From Macrostomum lignano (taxonomy: Eukaryota), in NCBI GenBank assembly GCA_002269645.1, contig NIVC01000847.1, forward strand, positions 1-64,000: 64,000 nucleotides of DNA. The letters run 5' to 3'. The position numbers and the translations under genes are program-made. The notes beneath the pieces are model-generated. The model ran no database searches. It was not told where the DNA came from and saw nothing but the letters and a program-made list of their open reading frames with translations. The stretch's first letter is position 1. Every line of letters begins with the position of its first letter. This document shows, piece by piece, positions 25,008-57,687 of this stretch.

Positions 25008-26435
25008 CCGGCCGTGCAGTGGAATGGCATGGCAACAATTGAATCCAAACAGATTTTACTGACAGCTACGTGTAAGATGGTAATTGTACATGTGACTCGT
25101 TAAGTTAGCAGCTGTGATGTTTAACAGCTAGATAAAGAATTTTCTCACTTTATACACTTTAATGCAACTGTACATGCATGTAGATGCACATGAAATTGCG
25201 ACAATGAATCCTATATGAGTTCTGGGAGCCGTATGTAGCTGTATGTCTAAAAAATGGATGAATAAATTGCTACAGAAACTAAAATCTATACTTGTAATAG
25301 CAGCAGTTATGTCTTGTTTTTATAATTCTGCAACATTATGAAATGGATGAGTTTATTTCTAAATGAATACAGAATTCTCCATTTTTAATTTAACTGCGAA
25401 TCATTGATGATATATCAGTATCGAGGGAGGTGGCGGAAAATTGGGTGGCTCTGTGTTTTGGGCCGGGATCCCGGGATTGAAAAGGTTTCTATGATAATCT
25501 TTGTTGGTGCAATTTTGGTTTACTAAGCCATCTAACATGGTTTTAAAAGGGCTTTCAATGATAAAAGTGACAGTGAGAAACTGACAGTGATTGGAGTGTG
25601 ATGTATGAATTGGCTGGCGTAATCATAGATAGATGTTGTATTTGGATTTGGGCCTAATCCCGTGATTGTATTCCCTATAGCTTGGTCCCCCTTTGATTTT
25701 TTTCTGGTCTCGGCCTAAGGGGGTGGGGCGACCCCCCCCCCTGGTTGCGCCACTGGATACTATACTGATGATACATGATTACAAAATTCAGCTCGATGCC
25801 AATTAAATACATGGTAAAAGACAAGTGCAGATATGCATTACATGTACATGCTGGGTTGTACCCTCGTAACCATTACACCATTATTTATAGAGTATGTTGC
25901 ATACAACAAATTAACGTACGCAGCCCGCAAGCAGGTCACAGCTGAGTATGTCACAAGTTGTTTACATCTGCAAGCTTCGGCTTCTAAACTTATCAAAGTC
26001 ATCTCAGCTGCCTTTATTTTTATAAAATGGCTTATGTATCCTTCTATGCTACTGAACTGAAAGTAGAAAGCTGTTTTGTTAAGTATTCCTGAGAGTGAGT
26101 GGCCCATCTAGTTATTTTAGTATCTGTGTGAACCAGACCGACGCTCTATGCCATGTATGTTGCGTGATGTTTGGATGTTACATGCACGTATGTTGCATAC
26201 AAGTACATGTAAATGTTTTCAACTCTAAACTATAACTATCAAATTAATTAACAATGACCTGCTGTAAATGTTGTTTGTGTATAGCGAGTTCTTTTTTGTA
26301 CATCTAGTGGCCGCCTGCTGTAGTTGCTCTAGAATTTTATTTAGAAAATAATTCCTAATAAAAATCACAATTAGAGCTTAATTAAGTTTTATTGGTTTGA
26401 TTCCACTAAATCCTGCATTAGCTACATATGTATAC

Positions 26436-27132
26436 CAAGGACGACTTAAGTAGAAGGACGGGAAACCTCGTTTCTTAGAAAAGTTTTGAAGGCACTTTCT
26501 CCCGAAAAAATACACTACGGAGATAGGAAGTTTTCATTTTTTCAGCACAAAAATTGTTATTGCGTTTGATAGGAGGCAGATCCAGTGTTCATCTTTTGAT
26601 ATGTTGTGCCTTTTTTATTGCTCTATCGATATTTATAAAGCTTTTCGTTCAGAAAATTAGATTCTATGTTAATTTTTTATTCTACGTATATTTTCGCGTG
26701 TCTTGTGCTTGAAATACATTAGAATGCCACGGCTCGGCTCTTTAGCTTCATGAGTCTTTTTTATCATTCTTACCCGACTGTGTAGCAAATATTTGTAACA
26801 GAGATGATAAAATAGGTTCATAAAACCAAATATTGGAGCTGTGTCATGCATTTTTGTGATTTTTAGATCCAGGAAATATACGTAGAATAAAAAATTAACA
26901 TAGAATCCTAATTTTCTGAACGAAAAGCTTTATAAATACCGATAGAGCAATAAAAAAGGCACAACATATCAAAAGATGAACACTGGATCTGCCTCCTATC
27001 AAACGCAATAACAATTTTTGTGCTGAAAAAATGAAAACTTCCTATCTCCGTAGTGTATTTTTTCGGGAAAAAGTGCCTTCAAAACTTTTCTAAGAAACGA
27101 GGTTTCCCGTCCTTCTACTTAAGTCGTCCTTG
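26436..27132. mobile_element. hAT-type MITE, 697 bp, about 258-bp terminal inverted repeats
   Basis: Arms 26436-26693 and 26874-27132 are reverse complements starting CAAGGACGAC; 8-bp TSD ATGTATAC on both sides. Confidence 0.92.
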
Positions 27133-30100
27133 ATGTATACATGCATTCCTTTATTTTTAAATCTAACGGGGTAGATAACAAAACGTTATAAAATAAAGGT
27201 GTAATTCGACGTGACTAGGAAGCACGCATTGAGTAGTAGGATACAAAATGTATATTATCAAAGAATTATTTACTTCTGCGCACACACTGTCATTACTCAT
27301 AGCATGCGCACACTGATCACTATAAAACCACATTCGCTGCCCTCCCATCACAAGGCATCAAATCTACTGATGTACAGGGGCAAATGCTAAAAACCTAATG
27401 TACAGGTTGTATGGTAGAAAAAGACATTGCCCCAGAGGATGACGTTGTGAAAAATGAATGCCTTCAAGATTCTTGAAAGATGGACGATTATACAAATACA
27501 ATAATCTCGTAAAATAGTTCATCAATCAACAAGTATACGTTGTACTGATACATGTAGGGCACAAAATAATTTAATAATACAAAATATTCTAAATAGACAC
27601 ATTATCTGTTAATAAGGAGAGATCAATGAAAGACCTGCCAAAAGTATTTTTGCTTACTAAAAAAGTCGGCGATTTTTGTCGTTATTGTAGTCGTTATTAC
27701 TACTCTTTTTTAGTTTCTATGTGATTTTTTAGTTTATACATTAGAACTTTCCTAACCTTGAACCAAGTACGATAGCAAATGCTTCAATCATTTAGTAGAA
27801 AAAAAAGTTTTTAATAAAAGCATAAAGTTTTAAATTATTTTATTTCCTACTTTGTAAATCATTTTTCTGCTGTTCAAACCATTTTAAAAAAATTCTATTT
27901 TAACTGTGGCCCGTAAGCCGTATAGAAAAACTTTTCTAAGCATCGAGTCTTAACTCTCTTTCTAGCAGTCGAGAATTATCGTTCAAGTTAACCGATTGCA
28001 AAAATCACTGACTAAAAGCGTATCCAATTTTCGAATTTGTTCTTCACTTCATTCGTCAACAACTAAGGATTCTTAAGTAAGTAATATTATAAATCAATGT
28101 TTTCGTTCATTCAACAGCTAGTAATTGATCAAATTTTGAAGGCATAACTAGGCCTAGTTACTGCAAAGCAAAGCAATTATTTATTTGGCCGTAGGCTATT
28201 TCTATTGGATTCTATAGTTTTGTAAGTTGTATTCCTAATACCTAACGTGCAGGCTTATTCACTAGGGGCCTATTATTTATGAAAATGCATTTTTGCGTAG
28301 AACCCCATACTCTGTTGAGTCCATTAGCATGAGAATTCAGGAAGGTGGCAGTGTGCGCTGGAATAAACTTTTTATGGACAATTTGTGTGCTATCTGTGCA
28401 CTGTTTCTAAGCCCTAACTTATAAAGACTATGTAAACATTCATGCCAACTAGATGTTAATCTTTTGATATTTTGCTTTTTGTATAGCTCTATTGATATTC
28501 GTAAAGCTTTTAGGGCCTAATTTTATCTAAAAAAAATGGATAATAAAACTTTTTTTCTATAGTGGTATATTGGTTTTTTTCATTGGCACTAAGATGCAAA
28601 ATTGTATCCAAGATCTAAATTTAGGATATGACAAACATACAAACCTTAGAGATTTAGTATATTTAGATTTGGATCAGGATATTATATTATATCCTTATCT
28701 ATCTATGTCTTAAAAGTATAGATCTTGAATCTTAAAAATCTCAAAGTATGATATTGTCCAACCCTTATTTTTCATTGGCACTAGAATTCAAAATTACATC
28801 CAAGGTATAATTTGAGGATGCAATTTTAAAAGTTATGATGCATCTGTATTGCAGAAAAAATTAGAACTGTATATGCCATATGCCTAAAATCATTAAAACC
28901 CTTTTGTAACTAAAGTCTAAACTGCATTAGATGCCCCTTTTTTAATGCCCAATCATGCAATGTACCAGACCATGCTTGTATTACTAAAGGCCAATCTGTG
29001 CTAGATGCTATTTGCAAAAATGGCCATTGGCTATAATAAAGCAATAAAATTACATAGTTTAATGTACACTGTACTGGTTTTAAAGGTTTGTATTTATAAT
29101 TAATAATTAATTTTTTTTCAAATTAGATAAATGGCGCATGACCAAGACGGCCACATACCAAGACCGCCACAGCTCTTACTGACTATTGGAATTGAGGGGA
29201 AGTTACCAATCTTCTAGCATTGCTATTGGTTATGATGGGTTGTGGAGTTAGATGAGGAGGAAGTGTCCCAAGATTGGTCACTAATAAGATGAATAAGTAA
29301 CCCAAAATGATTTCAAGTCAACCAGGGCAATTTTAATAATTCAAATTAAATGAAAAAAACAAGGAACCTGGCTCACTCACCTACCTGGCCAGGCTGGCCT
29401 GCTCACCAGTTCCTCTCTCATGGCTTTGTCTTGCTGGCTCTCCCCATCTCACCCCTCATCAGCACCATCCAACAACATGGCAAGCCAAATTCCTCCCTCC
29501 TAGCTCTTCCAAGTGTGGCAGTCTTGATGTGTGGCTGTCTTGGTCCTACACTAGATAAATATATGCTTATATATTTGGCTTTATTATATAGCATACATAT
29601 GCAACCCCCCCCTGATTAACATTAGCTATATGACTTGCTTTTTGACCAAAAATGCAACTTATCTTTAAAAAACCTAAAGCAAAAATTAATTCAATTTTGG
29701 GTAAATGGCAGGAGTAACATTTTTTATTAGGGCTAAATGTCTTATTATATAATTAGAATAATACTACATCTGTATCTTTATGTTGGCATTTTTGTGACTT
29801 GCCTTGGCTAGGCCCCTTGCCAGCTAGCCACATAGGCCAGGTGTTGCATATATATGTTATATAGTATTTTAATTAACCTATTTAAATATAACTATTATAA
29901 CTGTTAAATACTAGAATACAAACCAAAATGCATTGTAATTGAATAATATTTTAGTTTTTATATTTCATTATATCGATATATATATATCAATAAATTTTGT
30001 ATAAACTCTATAAACTATAATTTTTGTTAAACCTTGGGTTAACTCAAGGTGTAAACTTGGGACATTTCCAATTGTTTATATAATGTCTAATTAGAAAAAA

Positions 30101-30327
30101 AGTACATATTCAATCATTTTAATATCTATAAGGGATTGAGATTATAGCATTTTAAGTCACGAAATATAGAGCCATTAAAGATAATTACCACATTATCTAT
30201 AAAAATATTTGCTTTTTTATTTAGGATGTATATTTTATAGAACAACCTTCTTGCTTTCAGATTGGACCTTGAATTTGCATTTTATTATCTGTGATCTCGA
30301 GTTATTATCTACTCATTTGTTGCATTT

Positions 30328-32421
30328 ATGGAGCGTACTGCTTCCCAGAAGGGTGATTCCCAGGACTGGAAAGATGGCCTCAAGCTGCCTCCAAAGGATA
30401 ATCGGCTTCGAACTGTCGATGTTACATCGACGAAAGGCAATGCTTTTGAGGATTTCAACCTAAAGCGCGATCTTCTAATGGGCATTTATGAGAAAGGATG
30501 GGAAAAGCCATCGCCAATTCAAGAGGCTAGCATCCCTATTGCTCTTACAGGCCGAGACGTCCTCGCCAGGTGAGAATTTTTACTTTCAGCTGTACCTTTT
30601 ATACATCAAGTTCAAAACGTTTTTACAAAAGTAAATCTGTTCACATTCTTAACTGTTAGGGCCAAGAATGGCACTGGCAAAACTGGTGCCTACTGCATCC
30701 CTCTGCTAGAGAAGATCGACACTAGCAAAAATGCAGTACAATCTATGATCATCGTTCCTACTCGCGAGCTTGCTCTGCAAACTAGCCAAATATGTATAGA
30801 ATTGGCCAAGCACACTGGTGCCAAGGTAAATATTTGCTTGATGTGTCATAGTAGTCAGCTATGTGTCCCAACCCAATTTTCGAAATGCTCATTTTTTTAA
30901 ATCTGCGTTATTAATGGTAATTAAAGCTGACTGCACTTCAATCGCATACAGATCATGGTTACTACGGGTGGCACAAATCTTAAAGATGACATCATGCGCC
31001 TAGATGAAGAGGTTCATCTCGTAATTGCTACTCCTGGTCGAGTACTTGATCTTCTTAAAAAGGATGTGCTGAAGACTGATGTTTGCAAAACGTTGGTGCT
31101 AGATGAGGCAGACAAGCTTCTCTCGCAGGATTTTAAGGTAATTTTTTAAGTTTGCAAATTTAAGCCTAAACGAGGGTCTGTAATTAAAATTAAAAAGGCA
31201 CAGCCTTAGTCCTCACCTCCATCCTGTCCTAGTGTAAGTGATCTTTGATAACTAAAAGTGTGGAAGCATACGCACTGACTGTATAATTATTTATTAATGT
31301 TATTAATATATGATGTTCCATCTTTCGGGTTTGATACCCTATGAAATCTAGTATATATTGTCTGAACAAAGTAGTTGTCACTATTAAAAATCTCAATAGA
31401 TGCCGTGCATTTCAGTTGCGTTCAACCAACTAATACGATTTTTATTTTTATTTAGATAATGCTGAGCGGCATCATCTCACGACTGCCCAAGGATCGACAA
31501 ATTCTCTTGTTTTCCGCCACATTTCCACTCACCGTCCAAGAGTTTATGGAGACTTACCTGCGTACTCCATACGAGATCAACCTAATGGAGGAGCTGACTC
31601 TGAAGGGTATAACTCAGTTCTACGCCTATGTTCAGGAGAAGCACAAGGTAAGTACTAATCCGGCTTTGTTCCTGTCAATGTGTCAAACTGTTATTCTATT
31701 GTTAAATTTTAATCATTACCTTTGTGATGAAGATTTTTTAAGCATTTGATTCCAATGATATGCTAGTCCATGCTAATGCTGAGAGGCTTCTGTTATGTTG
31801 TTAGGAGGACGGGAGCTTAATTAAAAGTAAATATAATTTACAACAATTCTTGCGTTTCAGGTTCATTGCCTCAACACTCTGTTCTCTAAGCTTCAAATCA
31901 ACCAGTCGATTATCTTCTGCAACACTGCTCAGCGCGTGGAACTTCTTGCCAAGAAAATCACCGAGCTTGGCTACTCGTGCTACTACATTCACGCCCGAAT
32001 GTCGCAACACTTTCGTAATCGCGTCTTCCATGACTTCCGTCAGGGCCACTGCCGCAATCTCGTCTGCACAGACTTATTCACCCGCGGTATCGACATTCCT
32101 TCTGTCAATGTCGTTATTAACTTCGACTTTCCAAAGTACGCAGAGACTTACCTGCACCGCATTGGCCGCTCTGGCCGCTACGGACACCTGGGCATCGCTA
32201 TCAACCTCATCACGTACGACGACCGCTTTGCTCTTAAACAGATTGAGCAGCAGCTGAACACGGAGATTAAGGCCATCCCCAAGCTGATCGACAAGCGCCT
32301 GTATGTATCCGAGTACCAGCAGGAAGGCGAGCTAGATGATGAGACCAAGGCTATGCTGGCTTCTGGCAAGGGCCTCCAGTTCATTCAGGAGCAGCAAACT
32401 CTCAATGGGCCGACTCAGTAG
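30328..32421 (+). CDS. DDX6: DEAD-box RNA helicase DDX6/Me31B/Dhh1, 448 aa; exons 30328-30569, 30660-30825, 30952-31137, 31456-31647, 31861-32421
   Basis: [67 protein letters not shown]; splice phases consistent, 1347 nt. Confidence 0.96.
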
Positions 32422-35400
32422 CTGAGGCGCGGCGTTGTGTGTAAATAACTTACTGTCTCTGTAGTCAACGAATAGTTATGCTGCAGGTGTCCCGTCTGTT
32501 CATCATTGAATTGAAACTTTTCCGATATTAGTAGTAAGTAATTGGAGCTTAAAAATGCCTAGCGGACACTTGTGGTGCATCTATTTTTAGACTATTATTT
32601 TCTTTTTTGTTGCCTGTTATAGCTGTATTCGCGTAATTAAATTCGATGATTTTCAATTCTAGTAATACATTTGTAACTTATATCTATGGTTGGCTGCAGT
32701 CTTTCATTGACGCGCTTTGCAATGATGTTTGTCTGTTTGAATTGACACGCTGTACCTGTTTGCTTCTATCTTCCTAATATATTACTACTTTCCAATGCGC
32801 TCGTGTTGCGCCTAGATCCCTCTGTACATGTTACGTGCTTTCAGTAGAACTAAGCTAAAAGTGACTGCCACCCTGTACAAAATGCAATCCACCATACTAT
32901 TTGTATAATCCGCATCTTCCTTGTCCTTTCAATTTCTACGCAACCCAAACAGTGTCCACTAACTTGTGTGCTAATATTACTTGATTACGCGTATTAAATC
33001 CTATTTCTCATTTCTCAAGAGAATTCTTCCCCTTTGTCCTGAAATAGTGTATTGAATAACATTGTACCTTTGTTTTGTTACTCTCATCATCTGCTTCGGC
33101 CCCTAATCTTTCCGGTGCAATAACGAATATCTATCTAGCGACCAGTGGCTACCTTATAATGACTATATTTGCTGCTGTGGTCGTGTCTTGTTAGGCTTCC
33201 ATGCCTCAAACATGTATTTGTGTGCTCCCAATCTCTTCGCTTCAGTACTTTGTCCATGACTGTTTCCTGTATTCTTAGTTAATATTTTCTAACTTCATTA
33301 TTCGATTGAAAGGCGTCCAGGCTTTCAGTTTCACATCCAGAGCTATTATTCGAATTTTGTGAACAGTCTAGCCACCGTATGCAGCATGGAAATGAATCTT
33401 TCACCGTGCCAGGCATTACATTTGTTAAAATTCTAAATGATGATCCTGTTACAGTAGCCCTTTATTTCCGTACACCCTGTTCTGCAGCAACTTGTATCGT
33501 ATAGAGATGTTTGACCAGTTTATACTTTAATATAACCTGTATTTAACGCAATATTGATAATATTCTGAGCCAGCTCTTATGTTTCAAGCAAACTCACTAT
33601 CTACTGCATGCTTTTCACTTGATATCAGCGAGCAAGTCATTCCCAAGTTTATTATTAGAGTCTGTCCCATGTCGCATTTGTGGCTTAAGTGGTTTTTGTC
33701 CGTACGAGTTCAACGCTGAGCTCATGTGATCGCCCAGCTAGCATCGTTTCAAACTTAGACATGTTGTCTCAATCAAAACCGTCTTTGACCACTCCCTTTT
33801 GCCATGGAAAGACTCCAGTATCACCTACCTACCGCAGTCTAATGTTGTACCGTATATTTATCACTGCCCTACCGATGCTTGTGCTTTTGTCCGTTTCGGA
33901 CTATGTTGGCGGCTTGTTGGACTGTATTGATTGACAAATATGCCGGGCAACTAATTTAACTAATATTCTATACTAGTATGCTCTGTATGGCCTTAGCCGC
34001 ACTAAACTTGCGGGCATAACGCCTGCCATCTGTCAGTTAAATAGCAAATGCATTTATACGGTTTTACAACTAAATTACCATCAGCGGCACGGCGTACGAT
34101 TTTTTCATATCCACGCATCTACGCTGGATAAACTATAACATCTCTTTGTCAGATAAAACTCCAAATTCACTTTTTCGTGTTCAAAATTTTCTTTTTTAAT
34201 AATAAGCCTATTTTCTAAAAGTCATTTTTCAGTACCAAAATTCCTTTTTGAAAAAAAAATCCCTCATAGTCTTCCGTCTTATTTTTTTATTAGCAAACCT
34301 TTCGTCTGTAATCTTTTAAGCCGTACGAAACAGGAGCAGACAGTTTTGCACAGTACGAGTATTGGATTAAATTTCGGCGTTTTTGTGACACTCGTTATAA
34401 ATTTAAGCGGTTACTCTCGCTAACTATCTAGTTCAAGTCGTGACAAACTTTAAATCGAAGGTCTGAATTAATCGTAGATTAAGTACGAGCTAGTATCATC
34501 TGTGACTCTTATTTGAAAAAGAGGATTCTTTTCAATTTAAAGAACCCTCTGCACCGCTATAATTATGGATCATCTTTTATTACAAGAGCTTTGGCTTACA
34601 AATATGTATGCAACATAAGTGCACTTGACCTTGTAAATTTATTTCTGTGAAATCTATCACATCCGAGCATAATTCGACGATAAGTTCAAGCTCGTCTTCG
34701 AGGTGCTGTTTTAACATCGATTTGAGTTGGTCAGGGTTTAGATATGTAATTGAACAATCTTAAAACTACAACAAGCGAATACATTTGTCCTGCAGCTGAA
34801 TGCCCCCCTACCCTGGATCCGCCAGCGCTACCTTGTCAAATGGGTACTTTACGAGCGTAAATTTCGCCGATTATACCTTGCTACTTTAAATTTAAACACA
34901 TCGGCTAATGCAAACTAAGCTACTCATTCGCCATTTTCCTTGAAAAACGACTTCTGAAGTGAGGGACTTCGCCGTTTGGTATTGCACGATCATGATTGCA
35001 AGATTTTACGCACAGCAACTTCTATGCATAGCAACTATTTCAGGTTTTTTGAGCTTTCAGCTCCTGCCCAGAACATTTCTTGAACCGCGATTCTGTTTTC
35101 GGCTTTTCGCATTTCCAAGAAGGCTGCAACCAATTGGTTTATTCTCGTACTTGCATCCATACATGTAATAGTTGATTTTTGCACGTATGTATCATTAGAA
35201 ATTAGAATCTGGAGAAATCTCCATGTAAAATAATTGTCAGCATAAAAGATCACTCGATGATGGAGTCTGTTCGTGAAAGCCTCTTTAAAGTAAGACTTTC
35301 AAAGCTTAATTAAACACCACGCTCGCATGTACTCGTATAATTTTTTCTGCATAAGCAAATTACCCAGACGAATTTAGACGAGGTTTTACTCAGAAGCATT

Positions 35401-35856
35401 GCGTAAATATATTATCTAAATTCGCTTAGTTAAAGCTAAGTATAGCTCAATAAAATAGGCAGATGTGTACAGTCAGGACATTAAACAGCAGCTGCATTAA
35501 ATAGCTGTGTAAATTGCTCAGAATCTAAATAGATAATAGCTGTGCACATGGCGTTTTTGGCTTTGAGTAAAAGGAAAAAATACAGCGGTAAAATTTATGA
35601 TTATTTTAATTATCTGCAGGTAAAGCAGAGGGTTGGGTGCGAGCTGAGCAGAAAACTTTGTCAGGAAAAAAAATTCTGCAGCACAACAGTCAAAGAGAAA
35701 AAAGTTATGAAACAGAAGAACCGAAAGGTTGCAGGCTGTACATTACAGCAAATTTTACACTGTGTTATCGCGTAAGAAGTATGTAAATAATACTCAACTA
35801 TGATGCTGCTCAGAGATTGAGTAGCTGAGAGGTGTCAGGCCAGGCTATGTGAATGA

Positions 35857-36405
35857 ATGTCAGGGGGAGGCTGTGGGAGTGTCAGGGGGAAGGCTGTGGG
35901 AGTGTCAGGGGGAAGGCTGTGAGAGTTTCAGGGGGAAGGCTGTGGGAGTGTCAGGGGGAAGGCTGTGGGAGTGTCAAGGGGAAGGCTGTGGGAGTGTCAA
36001 GGGGAAGGCTGTGGGAGTGTCAAGGGGAAGGCTGTGGGAGTGTCAGGGGGAAGGCTGTGGGAGTGTCAAAGGGAAGGCTGTGGGAGTGTCAAGGGGAAGG
36101 TTGTGGGAGTGTCAAGGGGAAGGCTGTGGGAGTGTCAGGGGAAGGCTGTGGGAGTGTCAGGGGGAAGGCTGTGGGAGTGTCAGGGGAAGGCTGTGGGAGT
36201 GTCAAGGGGAAGGCTGTGAGAGTGTCAAGGGGAAGGCTGTGAGAGTGTCAAGGGGAAGGCTGTGAGAGTGTCAAGGGGAAGGCTGTGAGAGTGTCAGGGG
36301 GAAGGCTGGGAGTGTCAGGGGAAGGCTGTGAGAGTGTCAAGGGGAAGGCTGTGAGAGTGTCAGGGGGAAGGCTGGGAGTGTCAGGGGGAAGGCTGTGGGA
36401 GTGTC
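35857..36405. repeat. 22-23 bp G-rich minisatellite GGGGAAGGCTGTGGGAGTGTCA(G)
   Basis: Direct periodicity. Confidence 0.95.
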
Positions 36406-36875
36406 ACATGGGGCACAGGATCACAAGACCGTGGCACGAGAAGTCTCAGCTACCGCAGCTCATTAACACCTGTGCATAATTAATTGCATGGTGCTATCAA
36501 GACAGTACAGCAAATCAGAAGTCGGATTAAACAATAACAATACGGACCAATCAAAAGGATAGTGCTCGGAGCGACAAAAATACTGCACCTGAGAAAAAAA
36601 GAAATTGCACGAAAGAAGAACTTAGTCGTGAGTAAAATTGTCAGAAACGATTTCTATATTAGTGGAAAAAGTGTGTCTGAGAAGCAGCTGATTGCACAGC
36701 TGGGGCGTGGGGAAGCAGAGTAGCGGCACAGAAGGGGTCTTCAAGCCCGAAGGCCGGCACAAGACAACAGCAAATCAGATCAAGCAGACGTAGAGGTAGA
36801 AAAATTCTGATCAAAATTCGAGTACGATTACAAGTCTGGGAGCAGAGCAGCTCTGCGGTAAACGCGTCACCTCAT

Positions 36876-37610
36876 GCATTACTACCAGTAGTCTGTGGTT
36901 CAATATCATCAATCAGATTTAACCGAGCCGCATTACTACCAGTAGTCTGTGGTTCAATATCATCAATCAGATTTAACCGAGCCGCATTACTACCAGTAGT
37001 CTGTGGTTCAATATCATCAATCAGATTTAACCGAGCCGCATTACTACCAGTAGTCTGTGGTTCAATATCATCAATCAGATGTAACCGAGCCGCATTACTA
37101 CCAGTAGTCTGTGGTTCAATATCATCAATCAGATGTAACCGAGCCGCATTACTACCAGTAGTCTGTGGTTCAATATCATCAATCAGATTTAACCGAGCCG
37201 CATTACTACCAGTAGTCTGTGGTTCAATATCATCAATCAGATTTAACCGAGCCGCATTACTACCAGTAGTCTGTGGTTCAATATCATCAATCAGATTTAA
37301 CCGAGCCGCATTACTACCAGTAGTCTGTGGTTCAATATCATCAATCAGATGTAACCGAGCCGCATTACTACCAGTAGTCTGTGGTTCAATATCATCAATC
37401 AGATTTAACCGAGCCGCATTACTACCAGTAGTCTGTGGTTCAATATCATCAATCAGATTTAACCGAGCCGCATTACTACCAGTAGTCTGTGGTTCAATAT
37501 CATCAATCAGATTTAACCGAGCCGCATTACTACCAGTAGTCTGTGGTTCAATATCATCAATCAGATTTAACCGAGCCGCATTACTACCAGTAGTCTGTGG
37601 TTCAATATCA

Positions 37611-37633
<23 letters not shown>
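36876..37633. repeat. 54-bp minisatellite, about 14 copies, overlapping the stop codon of the Dok-7-like gene
   Basis: Unit GCATTACTACCAGTAGTCTGTGGTTCAATATCATCAATCAGATTTAACCGAGCC. Confidence 0.96.
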
Positions 37634-55014
<17,381 letters not shown>

Positions 55015-56959
55015 CAACCCATAAGTTTCTCTAACCTAATATAGCCATTAAATAAAAGCAGTGGCAAAAGTTAAGATATAAATATATATATATGTGCGAA
55101 GGGTAGCGTTACAGTAATTTTATTTATTTTAACTTATTTAACTTATTATAATTGTAAAGAGATAAATAGAGTTGGATAAGTGGTAATAAGGGTAGAGATC
55201 ACTTGAATTTAAATGATATCTTAAAATGTCAAAAATAAAAAGCATTAAGTTTCGCTAAATTACCTTTTTATTTATCAGGATTCGAACAGGGCCTGAAACA
55301 ATAACAACTGTACTGCTTGGAACAGGCATACTTCAGCGGTAACGTTCTCGACTCCCAAGGAGTTTCGAGAAATCTTAATTCTTACAGAGTAGAAGATTTC
55401 ATTCAGCAACAAAATGAATGGATGAAAGTTACTAAATAGCTTATTTTATAAATCTGAAAAAAATCCAATAGTATATACTAATATGACCTATTTTGACAAA
55501 AGTAATTAAGTGCCACACACACTAGCTTAGTCCTGATGACTGTTATACCATGTGATGTGATATGTAAAAATATTCGAAATAAGAAATCATGTTAGCGCGA
55601 TAAAAATTATCATATTTTATGTACCGTATAAAAAATCGTAGAAAAAATAAGGAAAGTAACAAAACTCTATATACAACAATCGGATTGATATATTATACAA
55701 TACTTTAGCACAAAACAAGTTTATTTTGTTTACACTGAACATCGTTTTCAAATTTGAAATTTGCATATTTAACTGTGTTGAATCATCATCCAATAACTTC
55801 TGCACTACCACTTCACTTTTTTTCGTACGGTGGGTCTGCTGAGGGATTATTTAATAAGCCTTTTTAATAAGCTGTTCAGCAAAAATTTCAATGCCAGGTC
55901 GATCTCGTTCTCCTGTTAGGTAATTAATTATACTTTTGACATTGTATAATCACAAAATATGAGTACCCATATATATTAAATATTGTTGCTTTGATGTTGA
56001 ATATTTAGGTTAATTTTATTAACACATATATCAGGATGTAAATTAACCTCAGAAGGCAATATTGAGACAGGAATTTAAGTTTTGTGTATAGTAAAAAATT
56101 AGACAAGAAAAATGTTAGGGGCCTATGCCTGTTAAAAAAGCTGTTATGTAACACTTTAAATGAAAGAAAACAACTTAGGAAATTTTTTTGCAACGAGGAA
56201 TTAGTGGTATATTTACTTTAAGAGAAAGATGTTTGCTGGCAAACTGCACTTTAAATTATTTTTTATGAATTTTTGCAACTTTAAGTGGTTTTAGAAAAAC
56301 TTAGAAATCCTTAGAAATCCTTCATCTTTTTGAATGAAATAAAAAGTAAAACACAGAATACTTTCTGTTTTCTAAGTAGTGAAAAAATTATCTTCTCTGA
56401 GGTCTAGAAGTCTTAAATTAATTGTTTACTAGTGAATAAAAGTGAAACAAAAAATGTAAATCAGTCAACTTAGACTTTTAAAATGCTTTCTTGTGTTTTT
56501 TTATTCATTTATTCAATAATGTAAAGCATGCAAACAATAGCTTTTATCCAGAATTATTTTTTAAAGACTTATCTATGTTTCAAAAAGCTTTTTAGATATA
56601 TAACCTTCCATCAAATATCCACAGATTCGTTCTACCATTTTATCCCATATTTTTTAAATTTTGCCATTAATGTATGCTGGGTCCAGTAGGGAAAAAGTAC
56701 AGAACCATGTTTGTATGCCAGGACTAAAAAAGTTGTCATTTATGTATGCCAAAATTATACACTTTTCATTTTTGAATTCAATATTTATATAGAATAACAA
56801 ACTTAAAAATTATATATTTTTACATTTTTAAAAAAATTCTAAAAGAAGTACTTTTTATTTGTTAAAAATTGAAGAAAAAATATGTTTTAGAGCACAAAAT
56901 TCAAAATTGTTTGTTTTTATTTCTTGTTTTGTAATGATGGTGTTACATGTAGTATACTT

Positions 56960-57637
56960 TAGAGCTATCACGAGATCTTGACGAGACAAGATCTCGACAT
57001 TTTTTCTTGTCTCGAGAAATCTCAAATTTTGTCAAGAAATTCGAGACAAGATTCAAGAATTTTTCTGATACCTTTTTTCAAAAGCTTTTAAGTGATAAGA
57101 TATAAAAAGGGGAGCAAATTTTCATATAAATACAACTGTTTATTGTAACACGCTTGATAGGGCAATTTTCAAATGGTAAAATCTAGCCAATGTCAAGCAG
57201 TTATTTAACAAACATCGTTATATACAAGTTTGCATTGCATATGCGCTCTTTTAGTTATCATTTCAGTTCTGCAGCAAGGTGTATCATAGCAGACTTAAAG
57301 ACAATCTACACAGGCCTTTTGACAAATTAGTAATAGACATAGTAGGGCCAAGGGCCTATATGCTATAAGCATAAATTCTTATGAATAAATAGCAAAGAAT
57401 TTAAACTAGAATTAAGAAAGTATTCTGGAAAATCTATAAAATATATTTTAGAATTATATCTTATCAAGAAATTTAAGACAAGATAAGGCAAGATAAGACC
57501 AAGACAAGATGCAATTCTGAAATATATTTTTTAGATTTACTTTGTCTTATCTTATCTCAAAATTCTCAACTTATAAGCCTTTCTCGTCTCGAATCTCGTC
57601 TCAAATAAAATCTCTAATTTTGACATTGACAGCTCTA
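56960..57637. mobile_element. hAT-type MITE, 678 bp
   Basis: TIRs TAGAGCTATCA / TGACAGCTCTA (1 mismatch); 8-bp TSD GTATACTT; subterminal GAGAC/AAGAC repeats, inverted at the two ends. Confidence 0.85.
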
Positions 57638-57687
57638 GTATACTTTATATAAAATCACTTTATTTGATTGTAACATGTATATATACA

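Noticed and set aside
25420-25760. CCCGGGATCCCGGG motif and a ...GCGCCACTG end suggestive of a DNA transposon
   Set aside because: No partner TIR or TSD found
55279-55439. Protein-like plus-strand stretch after an acceptor, considered as the DDX5 first exon
   Set aside because: In-frame TAA and no resemblance to DDX5 N-termini
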